In this document: one piece after another, positions 38,902-51,230 of the stretch
Layout: each line of letters starts with the position of its first letter
Numbering within the stretch: the stretch's first letter is position 1
Source of the DNA: Octopus sinensis
Taxonomy: Eukaryota
Length of the DNA stretch: 64,000 nt
Reading direction: 5' to 3'
Assembly (NCBI RefSeq): GCF_006345805.1
Contig: NC_043002.1
Span: forward strand, 60,450,001-60,514,000
Translations under genes and position numbers: made by a program
Notes under the pieces: model-generated
Database searches by the model: none
Told to the model about the DNA's origin: nothing
What the model saw: the letters and a program-made list of their open reading frames with translations, nothing else

Positions 38902-39716
38902 CTAGCAGAATTGCCCGGCGTTGCTCGGGTTGAATTGCTTGAAAGTACTGTTAATGATTGCACTGAATTATGATGATTATTCAGGCAAATATTGATATAA
39001 GTTTACGGTGGGAGATAAGGACTTAACGATCAAACGTGTGCCATTGCATTGTTTTGGGGGAACCAAATTTCTGATGAGCATTATAGGGGCACCAACTTTA
39101 AGTTTGAGAAAGTGTGGTGGTAGTCCGGGGTGCTCAAAGGAATTGAGTACCTCTATGGGATAGTTGATGACGTCGTCTGGGTCAGGATTTGTATCGATAT
39201 ACTGATATACATAGACTTCCCCAGGAATGAGTTTTAGCATTTCATCATTAATATGGTGAACAGTTTTATTCCTCGGGACCAGTATAGCCTTTTTGCCAAC
39301 CCAATCCATATTCTGATAATTAGCTTGTAGATCTGGGAACACTGCATCTCTGAGATCAGAAGGCGTCTTAACAATGGTACAAATGGAATCGATGGCAATA
39401 TTACCAGTGCAAGGAGGGTGTGAGGAAATGCTGCTGATGTGATATTACGTCGCATATGAGCGCGCATATTAGTGTTAAGTTTGAGAGTTACTTCCCTTTA
39501 TTAAAAAAAATATGCATTAAAATGGAAAAAAATGATGGTAAATTATTTGTAAAATCGTAGACTCATCGTAGACGCGCGCCAATACCCAGAAGGGCTCGAT
39601 ATGAATCACGGCTATAAGATACCCGGTTTTGGTTAAACTGCATCGCAAAATGTGGGAGTAGTTAGGAATCTAAATAGGAGTAGACAGACACACAACCTTT
39701 CTTTTATATATAAAGA
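38902..39716 (-). mobile_element. Internally deleted Helitron retaining a helicase fragment
   Basis: A|TC at 39716, hairpin plus CTAG|T at 38902. Shares ends with 18742-19139. Confidence 0.9.
38977..39342 (-). pseudogene. Helitron Pif1-like helicase fragment
   Basis: AILVPRNKTVHHIN..YPIEVLNS..PGLPPHFLKLKVGAPIMLIRNL..CNGTRLIV. Confidence 0.92.
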
Positions 39717-40231
39717 TTTTCGTCCTAAAAAACTTTGTATGGATTGAATGGTTACCTCTATGGAAATATATACACGCACATTATACATACATGTGTGTAT
39801 AGATGAATATATAAATACATTTAAAAATCTATATACACTTTTGGGCGATCTTTCTGTTTCTTAGAGATAACTTTAGATCTTATTTTCGTCCTAAAAAACT
39901 TTGTGCGGAGTGAATGGTTACGTCTATGGAAATATATACACACACATTATATATACATCTGTGTATAGATGAATATATAAATACATTTAAATATCTATAT
40001 ACACTTTTGGGTGATCTTTCTGCTACTTGGATATACTTTAGATCTTATATTCGTCCTAAAAAACATTGTATGGAGTGAAAGGTTACCTCTATGGAAATAT
40101 ATACACACACATTATACATACATCTGTGTATAGATGAATATATAAATACATTTAAATATATATATACACTTTTGGGCGATCTTTCTGCTACTTGGATATA
40201 CTTTAGATCTTATATTCGTCCTAAAAAACTT
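39717..40231. repeat. Tandem repeat, ~165-bp unit, 3 copies
   Basis: tcgtcctaaaaaac recurs at ~39720, 39886, 40051 and 40216. Confidence 0.9.
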
Positions 40232-40250
40232 TCCTGTCACACACTCACAC

Positions 40251-40301
<51 letters not shown>

Positions 40302-40329
40302 AGCTTACAATTTTATTTATATATTTGCG

Positions 40330-41308
40330 TGTCTATGTGTGTAAAGAGGAAGTGGGAATGCATAGTGAAATGGTAAAATATTTAGTTTTCTCGAATTTTT
40401 TCTGAAATGGGGGTGAAATTGAAAGAAATTTTGTATGCCATGACCGGATGGAAGTACTTTGAAAAATCAAGAAATTGTGTGAGGAGTAAACCGTTATGTA
40501 TTTATTTGTCTCTGTTTGCTGTGTTGTTGTTTTTTGAGTAAGTACGCTCGCCAATTAATACTACCAAAATTTAACGACAAAAATTAAATTAAAAACCAAT
40601 TTACCTTTTCTGTATTGTTATGGCAATTCGACCGTCGGTGTGCTTTTGCAAATGTGTTCGAATGAGAAGCGAGTTGTGTTTGGCGCCTTTTTTACAAATA
40701 ACAAACACACACGTGTCTGTATGTGTGTATGTAGTTGTTTGAAACGTTTGTGTTTGTCACTGTCATATATGTATGTGGGTGCGTGTGTGTGAGGAATGGC
40801 AAACCAGATAGATAGCGCGCGAAGTTCTTTTGAAGTTCGCGCTTCGCTTGTGTGTGTGTGTGTGCGTGCTTTGGGTGTACGTAGGTATGTGTTTTTTTGT
40901 GTGTGTCACTGAAGCCATACATACATATATACATACATAACCTCTCTCTCTCTCTTTTCTCTCTCAGTCACTCACTACAAAACGTGAATTACATTCACTT
41001 TAATCGTTGCACACTTGCAAAGAGAAAGGAGGAGAAATTAGCGTCATTGAAGCAGTTCGCTCCGTTTGTGTGTGTGTGCGTGTGTGTGTGCTGTAGCCCA
41101 CACTAAGAAAAGCACTTCACTTACACACCACAATGTGAGTTTTCTCTAAATTTTGCTTAATTGGGGTTGAAATTTTAAAAACCGGACCTGGCACGACCCG
41201 ATGCATTCTACTCTTAAAAATGCTAGGTAAATTGTAATTGAAGAAATCCTATATTGTAGATTTCTATAAGAGACAAAGGGAGGCAGATAAAATCTGCCTT
41301 TTATAATA

Positions 41309-41311
<3 letters not shown>
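40330..41311 (-). mobile_element. Helitron-like repeat (copy 2)
   Basis: 5' TCTTATTATAAAAGGCAGATTTTATCTGCC. Blocks shared with 19600-20358. Confidence 0.65.
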
Positions 41312-41385
<74 letters not shown>

Positions 41386-41515
41386 GTAGGTCCCGGGTTG
41401 ATTCGGGGTTAACCACAGTAAATAAGGTACTCAATACATAGCAGAGTAAAATTTATTTATTATATAGAAGGAGCTTCTACAGGACTAGAACTGTTTCATT
41501 CAAGAGAAATCTTCA

Positions 41516-41568
41516 GAGCTTCCTGAAGATTTCTCTTGAATGAAACAGTTCTAGTCCTGTAGAAGCTC
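41516..41568 (+). ncRNA. Type I hammerhead ribozyme within a perfect 63-bp inverted repeat (41454-41585)
   Basis: GAGCUUC-CUGAAGA-U-UUC(UCUU)GAA-U-GAAA-CAG(UUCUAGUC)CUG-UA/GAAGCUC. Predicted cut after 41561. Confidence 0.82.
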
Positions 41569-41582
41569 CTTCTATATAATAA

Positions 41583-41674
<92 letters not shown>

Positions 41675-41753
41675 AGGGGTTTAATGCTCTTAGCTTAAAC
41701 TTTTTGGGGGCCGCCAGATCGAATCATCTGAAGTGTTCCGTTTCTATACATAC

Positions 41754-41820
<67 letters not shown>

Positions 41821-42029
41821 CATGCATATGTGGTAAGGATTATATTCATTATAATAAAGGGTTAATTGCAACAAGTTGCTCAAAACCACATACCGAAAAT
41901 ATTAGAAATGGCAGCCAAATAGGTTACCATTTCTCCTACCAGTAAAAAAGTCTCCACAAACAATCAGAATTTGCAACCCGTATATGGCAAAGAGAAAGAA
42001 AATAACGAAATCACAGTCCGTTTGGATTA

Positions 42030-42090
42030 ATTATAGACGAAATTCCGTTTCTGCATTAGAACCAGAGGTTCATTTCCTTGTCAATATAAT
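42030..42090 (-). ncRNA. Hammerhead-like motif, U3/A8 core, weak stem II base
   Basis: AUUAUA-UUGACAA-..GAACC(UCU)GGUUC..-GAAA-CGGAAUUUCG-UC/UAUAAU. Confidence 0.6.
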
Positions 42091-42376
42091 ATTTCCTATA
42101 AATCTAGAAATGCTAGGGGAAAATACCCACCATTCCGGCTCGATCAGGCGACACCAAACGATATGATGGTCTACCAGCATCCCTACATTTATATACAGAC
42201 AGGCGAAATCGTATCTCCCCCCAAAATTACCACGTGAGTTGCAAAAACATTATCAACTAAACGAAGTTTCGCAGATATATTGTATGGGAGTAATTAATTA
42301 CATGGGAGTAATTAATTAACACCCTTTTTGTATATTGTACATACATATGTATATTGTACATGCATATGTATATATG

Positions 42377-42429
<53 letters not shown>

Positions 42430-42479
42430 GTGTGTGTGTGTGTGCGTGTGTGTATATATATATATATATGTATATGTAT

Positions 42480-43640
42480 ATGTAGTTCCTTTATACTTCT
42501 TTTAGTTTTCAAAATTAATATAAACAAATTTCTTTTTTAATCTAAAATATACTCTCCTTCATTTTCTACCATGCTCTTCCATTTATCTGGTAGGACTTGT
42601 AAGGCCCATCTTCCAAAATTCACTTGTCTGTGAAAAAAAATACTCTTCCACTACTGTTCGGACCTCGTCTACAGAATTCATATTTTTCAAATTATTTTCA
42701 TGACTGCAGAATACAGGTAATTAGATGCAGCAATGTCCAACAAATATGCTTCATCCTTTGGAATGTTTTCCTCGCTATATGTGACCGAGAATTACCCTGA
42801 TGGAAGAACATCTTTTTCCTTGCTACCAAAGATGGTCATCTTCCTTCTAGCGCTGACTTAAACCGCTCAAGCTGCTCGCAGTAACCCTCCTTTGCTATCG
42901 TTAGCTGTGGGTTTAAAAGTTTAACGTGGATTAAATTTTTCATATCCCAACAAACAGATAACAACACCTTACGTGCGTGAAGACCTTCTTTTGTTGGGGT
43001 GCCAGTGTTTCTCCTTTCCCTAAGCACTGTCCTCGGCGCTTGACATATTTAATAGAGAACCTATTTCTCGTCACCAGTCACTATTCGGTCGCAAAAATGT
43101 TCATTCATGTGATGAAACAGCAAAGAAGAGCACACATTCACTCTCTGTGCATGATTAGACTCGGTAAGTTTCTAAAAAGCCCATTGATCCAAATTGCTGA
43201 CATTTCCGATGGCCCGAAGGTGTCGATAAATGACCGAATGGCCAAATCCAAGCTTCACTGCTAGTTCCTCAACAGTTACGATGGTATTTTTTCCACCAGA
43301 TCTTCCGAGCACTACAGATCTTCCAGGACGAAGCTCGTCTTCTAGGTTGTAGTTTCCGGTTCAGAATTTCTGGAACCACCGTTGTCACTGACTTACGCTT
43401 ATCGTCCCAAAGCCATATGCTGCATTAATATTCCACGCACTTTCCATTGCATTGTTGCCTTTATTGAACTCATAAAGCAACATATGCCTATTATGCCCGT
43501 TTGTCACTTTCATTATAACTTTGAAAAAATAACTGTTAAAATCGAACTACACTCTTTAAAATTGGCACTAAGAATAAGGTAAAACTACTACCTGCTTTCT
43601 TGGCGAGTTGATGCAGGTAGTTTATCCCTTCCCTCTCCGA
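42480..43640 (-). mobile_element. Decayed mariner transposon
   Basis: MKVTNGHNRHMLLYEFNKGNNA from ATG 43513; DRIVTGDEK*V; GLHARKVLLSVCWD. Stops and frameshifts present. Confidence 0.88.
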
Positions 43641-44538
43641 TTTCTAGTTTACGGAAGGGTCGAGGTGTAGGAAGAAAGTTAGCTTCAAGCACTCCGTAGT
43701 AAATATTAAAAAGCAACTTTCAGGGACAATAGTAGTTTATTGAGAAGGACGGATGTAGATTCTTTGCATGTCGAAGTACGATGGATTTAAAAAAGGTTCT
43801 TTGTATATTTCTCAGTAGGCGACCAGGGTTGTCGGTAAAGGGATATGAATACAGGAGTTAAGGAAAGGAGTAGATAAGATACTCCGGTTACATATGTCTC
43901 ATAGCGAGAGGAACCTCAGAAGTGGTAAAGCGATATACACCTCCAAGCGAGGAGTATATCGCAGGCTACTCTTCAGGTCAAGGGTCTCTTGATCAAATGA
44001 AAGTTAACATTGCCGCAAGCCAATGTAAACTTAACGCATTGAATATTCAATCTTAACATCTTAACGCATGGAATATTGAATCAGAATGTGTTGAGAGGAG
44101 AGGGGAATACAAATGTAGAGAGAAATTAGGAATAAATGAAGAAAAAAACAACATAAGCGAATGAGAAATATGAGGAAATTAAGAAAGGCGATTTGATCGG
44201 TAGTGTTCAATAGGCCTTTATGGCCGAATCACAGAAATTAGGAAGGGGAGTGGTATTGTGTGCTTGTTTTTGTGTCTGTATTCGGCTCCACATGTAATGG
44301 CGTGTTTTCGTCCTCGTAACTTAGCGGTACAGCAGAAGAGAACAATAGAATTAGCACCAGGCTTTACATAAAAACGAAGAAGTATTGAGGTTGGTTCGTC
44401 AGTGCTCCGCTATGGCCGCAGCCTAATAATTGGAGCAAGTGAAAGATAAAAGATAAAAGAGATACGGTAATCCCCCGCCATATCGCGGTTCCTCTATCGC
44501 TGTTCCTCTATCGCGGTTTATTATTTACGTTTACGCCA

Positions 44539-45020
44539 AGGCGGCGAGCCGGCAGGAATGTTAGCACGCCGGGCGAAATGCGTAGCCGTATTTCGCCTGT
44601 CGTTATGTTCTGAGTTCAAATTCCGCCGAGGTCGACTTTGCCTTTCATCCTTTCGAGGTCGATAAATTAAGTACAGGTTACGCACTGGGGTCGATGTAAT
44701 CGTCTTAATCCGTTTGTCTGTCCTTGTTTGTCGTCTCTGTGTTTAGACCTTTGTGGGTAGTAAGGAAATAGGTATTTCGTCTGCTGCTACGTTCAATAAA
44801 GGCGGAGAGCTGGCAGAAACGTTAGCACGCCGGGCGAAATGCGTAGCCGTATTTCGTCTGCCGTTGCATTCTGAGTTCAAATTACGCCGAGGTCGACTTT
44901 GCCTTTCATCCTTTCGGGGTCGATAAATTAAGTACCACTTACGCACTGGGGTCGATGTAATCGACTTAATCCGATTGTATTTCCTTGTTTGTCCTCTCTG
45001 TGTTTAGCCCCTTTTTACGT
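44539..45020 (+). mobile_element. Two tandem SINE family B copies (tRNA head + Meta-like domain)
   Basis: ggcggcgagctggcaga..gagttcaaattcc gccgaggtcgactttgcctttcatcctttcggggtcgataaattaagtac at ~44539 and ~44799. Confidence 0.85.
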
Positions 45021-45104
45021 TCTGTAAACTACAGGGCCAATAGACTTGCATGAAATAGCAGCTAAACTCCATCAAATCACAGTGAACCTTATATAATCTT
45101 TTCT

Positions 45105-45302
45105 ACTTTAGGCACAAGGCTCCTAAATTTTGGAGGAGGGAGACAATCGATTAGATCGACCCCAATACGCAACTGGTACTTAATTTATAGACTTCCGAAA
45201 GAATGGAAGGCAAATTTGACCTCAGTGGAATTTGAACTCAGAATGTATAGACCGCTAAGCATTTCACCCGGTGTGCTAACGTTTCTGGCAGCTCGCCGCC
45301 TT
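45105..45302 (-). mobile_element. SINE family B, inverted copy
   Basis: Reverse complement of the family B head and body, ending cagctcgccgcc. Confidence 0.8.
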
Positions 45303-45424
45303 GTCAACCCTATATAATGAAAAGAACTTATATCAATGTGGAGTACATTAGGACTAAGTTGGTCTGCTTACAGTTTGGCTGCATTTGTGCATAGATCTAC
45401 CCTAAGTTTGACCCGAAGCGAAGA

Positions 45425-45807
45425 CAATAACGACAACAACAACAACAGCAACACCGAAACCTGCTCGATTAACATCAAAACTCGAACAGCATCGTTGTAC
45501 AAAATGGTCAATATTTCGATAATCGTAAGGAATTAAAATACGCATCTTTCAACAGATACAAACGTAATCCTCATCATCAACAACAGCAGCAGCAGGAGCA
45601 GCACCAGCAGCAACCACAACAACAACAACAACCAAACCAATGCTTGTCGTTGAAGGTCATCATCAACATCATCGCCATAATCATTATCATCTATATAACC
45701 ATTGTCTTCGTAATCGTCATTATCACACAACCATCATTATCACAACCACTACCACCAGATCCACCACCACCACCACCACCACCACCACCACCACCATCAC
45801 CACCACG

Positions 45808-45840
<33 letters not shown>

Positions 45841-46260
45841 GTGAAAAACAACAATACAATCAGCATTCATATTTTTATATCATAGTCGTTGTCCTCGTCA
45901 CCGCCTTTCCTCCTCCTCATCCTCATCATTGTCATCATCATGTTATAGTCGTCATCCTCCTTCTAAGCCTCCTCCGTATCATCATCATCATCATCATTAT
46001 CACCACCACCACCACCACCACCACCCACCGTTATTACCATCTGTATCTTTGACGTCTTCCTCGTCAGCGCTGTCGTCGTCGCCTTCAAATTATTATCTTT
46101 GTCATCACCTTTAGCATCGCTATCATTAAAATCAATAAGCAACTACAATGAAACACAAGAAAAACAACAACAACAATAGCATTACTACTACTACTACTAC
46201 TACCACCACCACCACCACCACCACCACTACTACTAATACTAATACTAATACTACTACTGC
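45425..46260. repeat. Compound trinucleotide microsatellites (CAA/CAG/CAT/CAC/TAC)
   Basis: Direct reading. Confidence 0.9.
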
Positions 46261-47138
46261 CACATTAGTCTGTAAGCTTGCCAAAGATAAGGGAATTATC
46301 AGTTGGCATATAGCAATAAACATAGATCCGGTGAGATAAGTACGGAGGCGCTACTGTTTCATAATGCATTCATCAAGCAAGTAGAGCTATCGCTTAATGT
46401 ACTTAAATCTCCCTTTAGATTCAATTACAAAACAAACAGCTCCATCTACTTCTTTATTCCACCCCTGGCACATATTGCGCTCCTCCTTAAGTTGATTGGA
46501 GCGATGTCGGTTGGCCGGTTGGTGTTCTCTTTGTTGAAATGGTAATTTTATGCTAATAGGCTCACGCATAGCTGTGTGGTAAAGACGCATGTTTTGCGAC
46601 CATGAAGTTTCTCGTTCCAGACCCATTGCGCGTGGCCTTTGGGCAAACGTCTTCTGCTACAGACTCTGGCTGGCTAATTAATACCTTGTGAAGCCATTTC
46701 GTTGGGGCATAAATATAAATACAGTAATCCCTCGACTATCGCGGGTGTTACGTTCCAAAATCCCCCGGATGGGGTGAAATTCCGCTAAGTAAAAACAGTA
46801 CTGTAGTGTATATTATTATTATTATTATTTTAATATATATTATTTTATATATATTTTATTATACATGCAAAGCAACACCGCGGATGAATCGGCGAAAGCT
46901 TAAATAATCTTTCCTACTCTAGGCGTACTAACGTGCCCGGGTGTGCTAGCGTAATACCTATTTCTTTACTGCCCACAAGGGGCTGCACAGAAAGGGGACA
47001 AACAAGGATAGACAAACGGATTAAGTCGATTATATCGACACCAGTGCGTAACTGGTACTTATTTAATCGACCCCATTTTTGTCTTGTATTTTAATCTGGT
47101 CGATCCGCCAATCATTCAATGGTTAAAACATTATTATT

Positions 47139-47450
47139 GTACAGTTCTATATTTAAGAGATGAGGAATTATGTACATTATTAAGGAAAATATTAGATTTA
47201 TAAGCCCTAAAATTCACTCCATAATTGCTCACAGGCATATCGCGTAGTGGTTAAGAGCGCGGGCTACTAACCCCAACATTCCGAGTTCGATTCCATTCAG
47301 TGACCTGAAAAATAACATTGAAAAATACCTTAGTAATGAGAACCCACGTTCGAAATTTCCCCCAGATTTCCGATGAAGGCTGGATGTTATATCAGCCGAA
47401 ACGTTGCGTTAACAACAAACAAGATGAGGTCAAATGTAAATAATGTACAT
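47139..47450 (+). mobile_element. tRNA-headed SINE with minimal HHR (47227-47450) preceded by an inverted tail fragment (47139-47181)
   Basis: A box 47240-47250, B box 47283-47294, core CCGAUGA-A-GGCUG..CAGCC-GAAACGUU at 47370-47405. Confidence 0.85.
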
Positions 47451-47544
47451 TGTTATTGTAATTTTATAATTAAATAACAGGAATTATATTAAAACATTGT
47501 TAGAATATTTTTGGTATTTTTAAAGTATAACCAATTTGTGCTTA

Positions 47545-47790
47545 AAAGTCTTCCCATGAAGTCCACTGCTGCAGTTTTCTTGAACAATCAATGTGCTATT
47601 TTTCGCAGAAGGTAGGCCAGGGACCCCGACAACTGAAGGAAGCCATCAATGACATAGACACGGTAGCTGAAGGTTGTCCACGGTGACTATGCTTCATAAG
47701 CGACCACAAGTAGAACCTGTCCGTAAATGAAGACTAGCTCGGTCATTGCTGCCCCAATCAGAAGTGTATAGACTGAGGAGCGAAATGTAT
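47545..47790 (+). mobile_element. HERO-like LINE C-terminal fragment
   Basis: FP.EVHCCSFLEQS and AINDIDTVAEGCPR*LCF resemble HERO FPIEVGCRGF..AE..SRWLW. Confidence 0.45.
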
Positions 47791-48061
47791 CTCACCGTTA
47801 TATACCTGCTGACAATACGGGAATGTTTACAGTTTTGCAATGGATTTAGAAGAGCACGAAAAACCTCTGATTAGTTCCTGCAGTTTCTGCGTGGGGCAAA
47901 GAATTTCTGATGTTTGTTTCACCAAACAACTAACTCAATATCATATTGAAACACATGATACATATCATTGCTATTACGCAAAAGGTGTCGTAATTCCAAA
48001 ACATTGATTTATCACAAAACGGAAAAATACAGCATTCCGTTTCTTTTTACATTAGAAACGT

Positions 48062-48440
48062 GGAAGTGCAATGGCCCAGTGGTTAGGGTAGCGGACTTGC
48101 GGTCGTAGGATCGCGGTTTTGATTCCCAGACCGGGCGTTATGAGTGTTTAATGAGCGAAACACCTGAAGTTCAACGAGGTTCCGGTAGGGGTGGTGGCAA
48201 ACCCTGCTGTACTCTTTCACCACAACCTTCTCTCACTCATTTTTCCTGTTTCTGTTGTACTTGTATTTCAAAGCGCCAGCCTTGTCACACTCTGTGTCAC
48301 CCTGAATCTCTCCGAGAACTATGTTAAGGGTACACGTGTCTGTGTAGTGCTCATCCACTTGTACGTAAATTTCACGAGCAAGCTCTTCCGTTGATCGGAT
48401 CAACTTTAATGCTCGTCGTCGAAAACGACGGAGTGCCACG
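48062..48440 (+). mobile_element. SINE with family C head and family D tail
   Basis: Head atggcccagtggttaggg.agcggac; tail gccagccttgtcacactctgtgtca..gttgatcggatcaac. Confidence 0.8.
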
Positions 48441-48744
48441 GCATTAGCAACAGTTTAGCCTTAAAAATTATACTTTATTGCGTGCATAAAATCGTAGTTC
48501 TATGTATGTATGACACTTTCAGGGAGAGATATTTTTGGAAAAACTGTCGTATGTGGGACTTACTACACTTTTAAAAAATGCTACACCATTGTACTACATT
48601 GTACTACACTTTGACAACTTACATAACTTGGCATCTGAAGCAGCTGCAAATAGTTTGACCGAAAGAATTGGCTGTTGTAAGTAAAATTAAATATTGAAAA
48701 TAACGCATTTGACCAAATTTCGATTTACGACAGTTTGGAGGAAG

Positions 48745-49060
48745 AACACTCCGTCGGTTACGACGACGAGCGTCCCTGTTGATACGATCAACGGAACAGC
48801 TTGCTCATTAAATTAACGTGCAAGTTAATTCACAGACACGTGTACCCTTAACGTAGTTCTCAGGGATATTCAGCGTGACACAGAGTGTGACATGACTGGC
48901 CCTATGAAACACAGGTACAACTCATTTTTGCCAGCTGATTAGACTGGAGCAACGTGAAATAAAGTGTTTGCTCACGGGCACAACGCATCGTCGGGAATTG
49001 AACTTTCGACCTTACGATCGTGAGCCGAATGCACTAACCACTAAGCCACAAGCCTTCACA
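48745..49060 (-). mobile_element. SINE family D
   Basis: gtgaaggcttgtggcttagtggttag head with gttcaattccc B box. Confidence 0.8.
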
Positions 49061-49084
49061 CGATAGTTTAACATAAAAGCAACG

Positions 49085-49355
49085 TTATGGAGATTACTCC
49101 GCACTTCCTGAGTCCACATTCTATTCTAATATCATTTCTAAAACAGTGGATCGTGTTCACCAAGGAACTCAATTGTGTCTCATCTTCGCTATACAATTTC
49201 AAATCATCCATGAAAAAGATGTGGTTGATTGTTTAGGATTTTTCCGTTAGTTGGTACCCCCAGGTTCATTTTCCTGAGTACCAAAGTCAGGGTATCATGC
49301 AGAGAACGAAAAGCAACGGAGATAGGTTGTCACCCTAGAAAATCCCTCTTCTGAT
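49085..49355 (-). pseudogene. Dong/R4-like RT fragment
   Basis: IRRGIF*GDNLSPLLFVLCMI..INHIFFMDDLKLYSEDE..GLRKCGV. Confidence 0.85.
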
Positions 49356-49367
49356 TACTATTATTAT

Positions 49368-49920
49368 TGATGAGAGCAGCGCATGCAATCAAAGAGATAC
49401 TGGGGTACAAATATACGAAACCCAATATATCCATCATGATTACCTATCTGATAAGGACACACCAGGCACACGCATCACAATCATATGTGCACGACATGTT
49501 GATCTCATATCTAGATAAACAGCGCATAACCTTGCAGGTGGGGCCCAGTTAGAATTTTCTTCAGGTTGAGAAGCCCATCCCGCCCAAAATGTGCTTGATT
49601 AAGGTTTCTTTAAGGATAATGAATGAAACACTCATGTTTCCGGAGGCGAATTATTCAAGCCCCAAAGAATTCTTCTCAGTACATGGCCATGATTCTCCCG
49701 CACTACTTCTGCTCGGGATCAGAGATGCACATATCATCAGCCACTAAGGGGCATGCTCAACTAGTTAAGGTCAAACAACTGAGAAGCAAATCTGTGGTAT
49801 TGTGCAGAAGATTTGCTGTAGCCCATCTTTTACAGCAAGATAAAACAATGTACATGATAACACTTCCAATCGGTTAAGATCAGAAGCCACGAGAGAACTG
49901 TCTGGTACTGCATCAGGGCA
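49368..49920 (-). mobile_element. Non-coding (TAA)n-flanked element (copy 2)
   Basis: Homologous to 8252-8749. (TTA)n at 49921-50000 and a short TTA run at 49358-49367. Confidence 0.8.
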
Positions 49921-50000
<80 letters not shown>

Positions 50001-50974
50001 GAGTTGGCGGAATGGTTATCAAAGCAAGAGAAGGAATTAGCGGCATTTCGTCCGCGTTCACCATGTTCCTTCAAATTCCGTTGAGTCAGTATTGCCGTTC
50101 ATCATTTCGGGGTCGATGAAATAAATACGAATTCAAACCTGGAGTCAGTGCAATTAACTTACTACGCTCCCGAATTTGTTGGCCGGGTGCATATAGTAGA
50201 AAGGATTATTTTAAGTGGGATGGTGCGTGTAAGGCAACGAGCTGGTAGATCGTTTAGTGCGCAGGGTAAAAATACTTTGCGGCATTATATCCGTCTTTAC
50301 GTTCAAAACCCGCTGTCGTTATTACCGGTGGTGATTATGTTGGTAGTGGATTTATTGTTGGCAGTGGATTTATTGTTGGTGTCGGTTCTAGTGGTGTTTT
50401 TCTGGTGGTAGTGGTGGTAGAGTTAATGGCGGTGGTAGTGGTGGCGATGATAGAGTTTATGCGGAGTAAGTTGGAAGGAAGTCATCCGTTCGTCTTTCTT
50501 CATTAAAATGCTTGGAATTACATTAAAATTCTTGGAATTACTTAATACTTATAAGGAGTTCATATCTGCTAATTGCATTGATAATCTCATCCATTCATAG
50601 CTTTTCGCCTATCTTTATTATACAGGTAAGACTCTATTCCATCTAATATTTTTTACGGTTGTAGTAATGGTGGTAGTGGTTGTGGTAGTGGTCGTGGTGA
50701 TGGTAGTGGTAGTTGTCGTGGTCGTAGCGATGGTGGTGATGTTCGTGAAAGTTGTGGTGATGGTGGTGATAGTGGTGGTGCTGGTAGTGGAGACAGTGAT
50801 GCGATGGTAGCAACAGTGTTTATTTGAGCAGGCTTTATTGCTGGACGAAAGTGGTTCAGTGTCGAGAAGGCATTTTGTTTCAAGTAGGAGAAGAAAGGAA
50901 ATGAAGAAATGGAGAAAGACAGAGAAAATAAGAGAATCAGAGACAATGATTGAATGGGAAGTTTGAACAGACAG

Positions 50975-51011
50975 ACAGACAAGTGGATAGATGGATAGAT
51001 AGATAAATTAA

Positions 51012-51108
<97 letters not shown>

Positions 51109-51230
51109 CAGATAAATAAAGATAGACAGACAGATAGACAGATTTGATAGATAGATATTTAGATAGGTTGATAGATATAGAGATAGATAGTAAGTTAACT
51201 AGCTAGATTGATAGATAGCTAGGTAGCGAC
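50975..51230. repeat. (GATA)n microsatellite
   Basis: Direct reading. Confidence 0.95.

Noticed and set aside
39717-40231. CRISPR-like regular repeats
   Set aside because: Whole 165-bp units repeat with no unique spacers, in a eukaryotic context.
41390-41452. AUAGCAGAGUA, resembling a twister ribozyme 3' end
   Set aside because: No matching twister 5' or L4 elements; a simple UACUC/GAGUA hairpin explains it.
43660-44040. Possible LINE AP-endonuclease remnant (CGNVNFHL, minus)
   Set aside because: A single weak motif; insufficient support.
47234-47306. Possible tRNA gene with ACT anticodon
   Set aside because: Poor acceptor stem, and it is fused to a repeated body; it is a SINE head.
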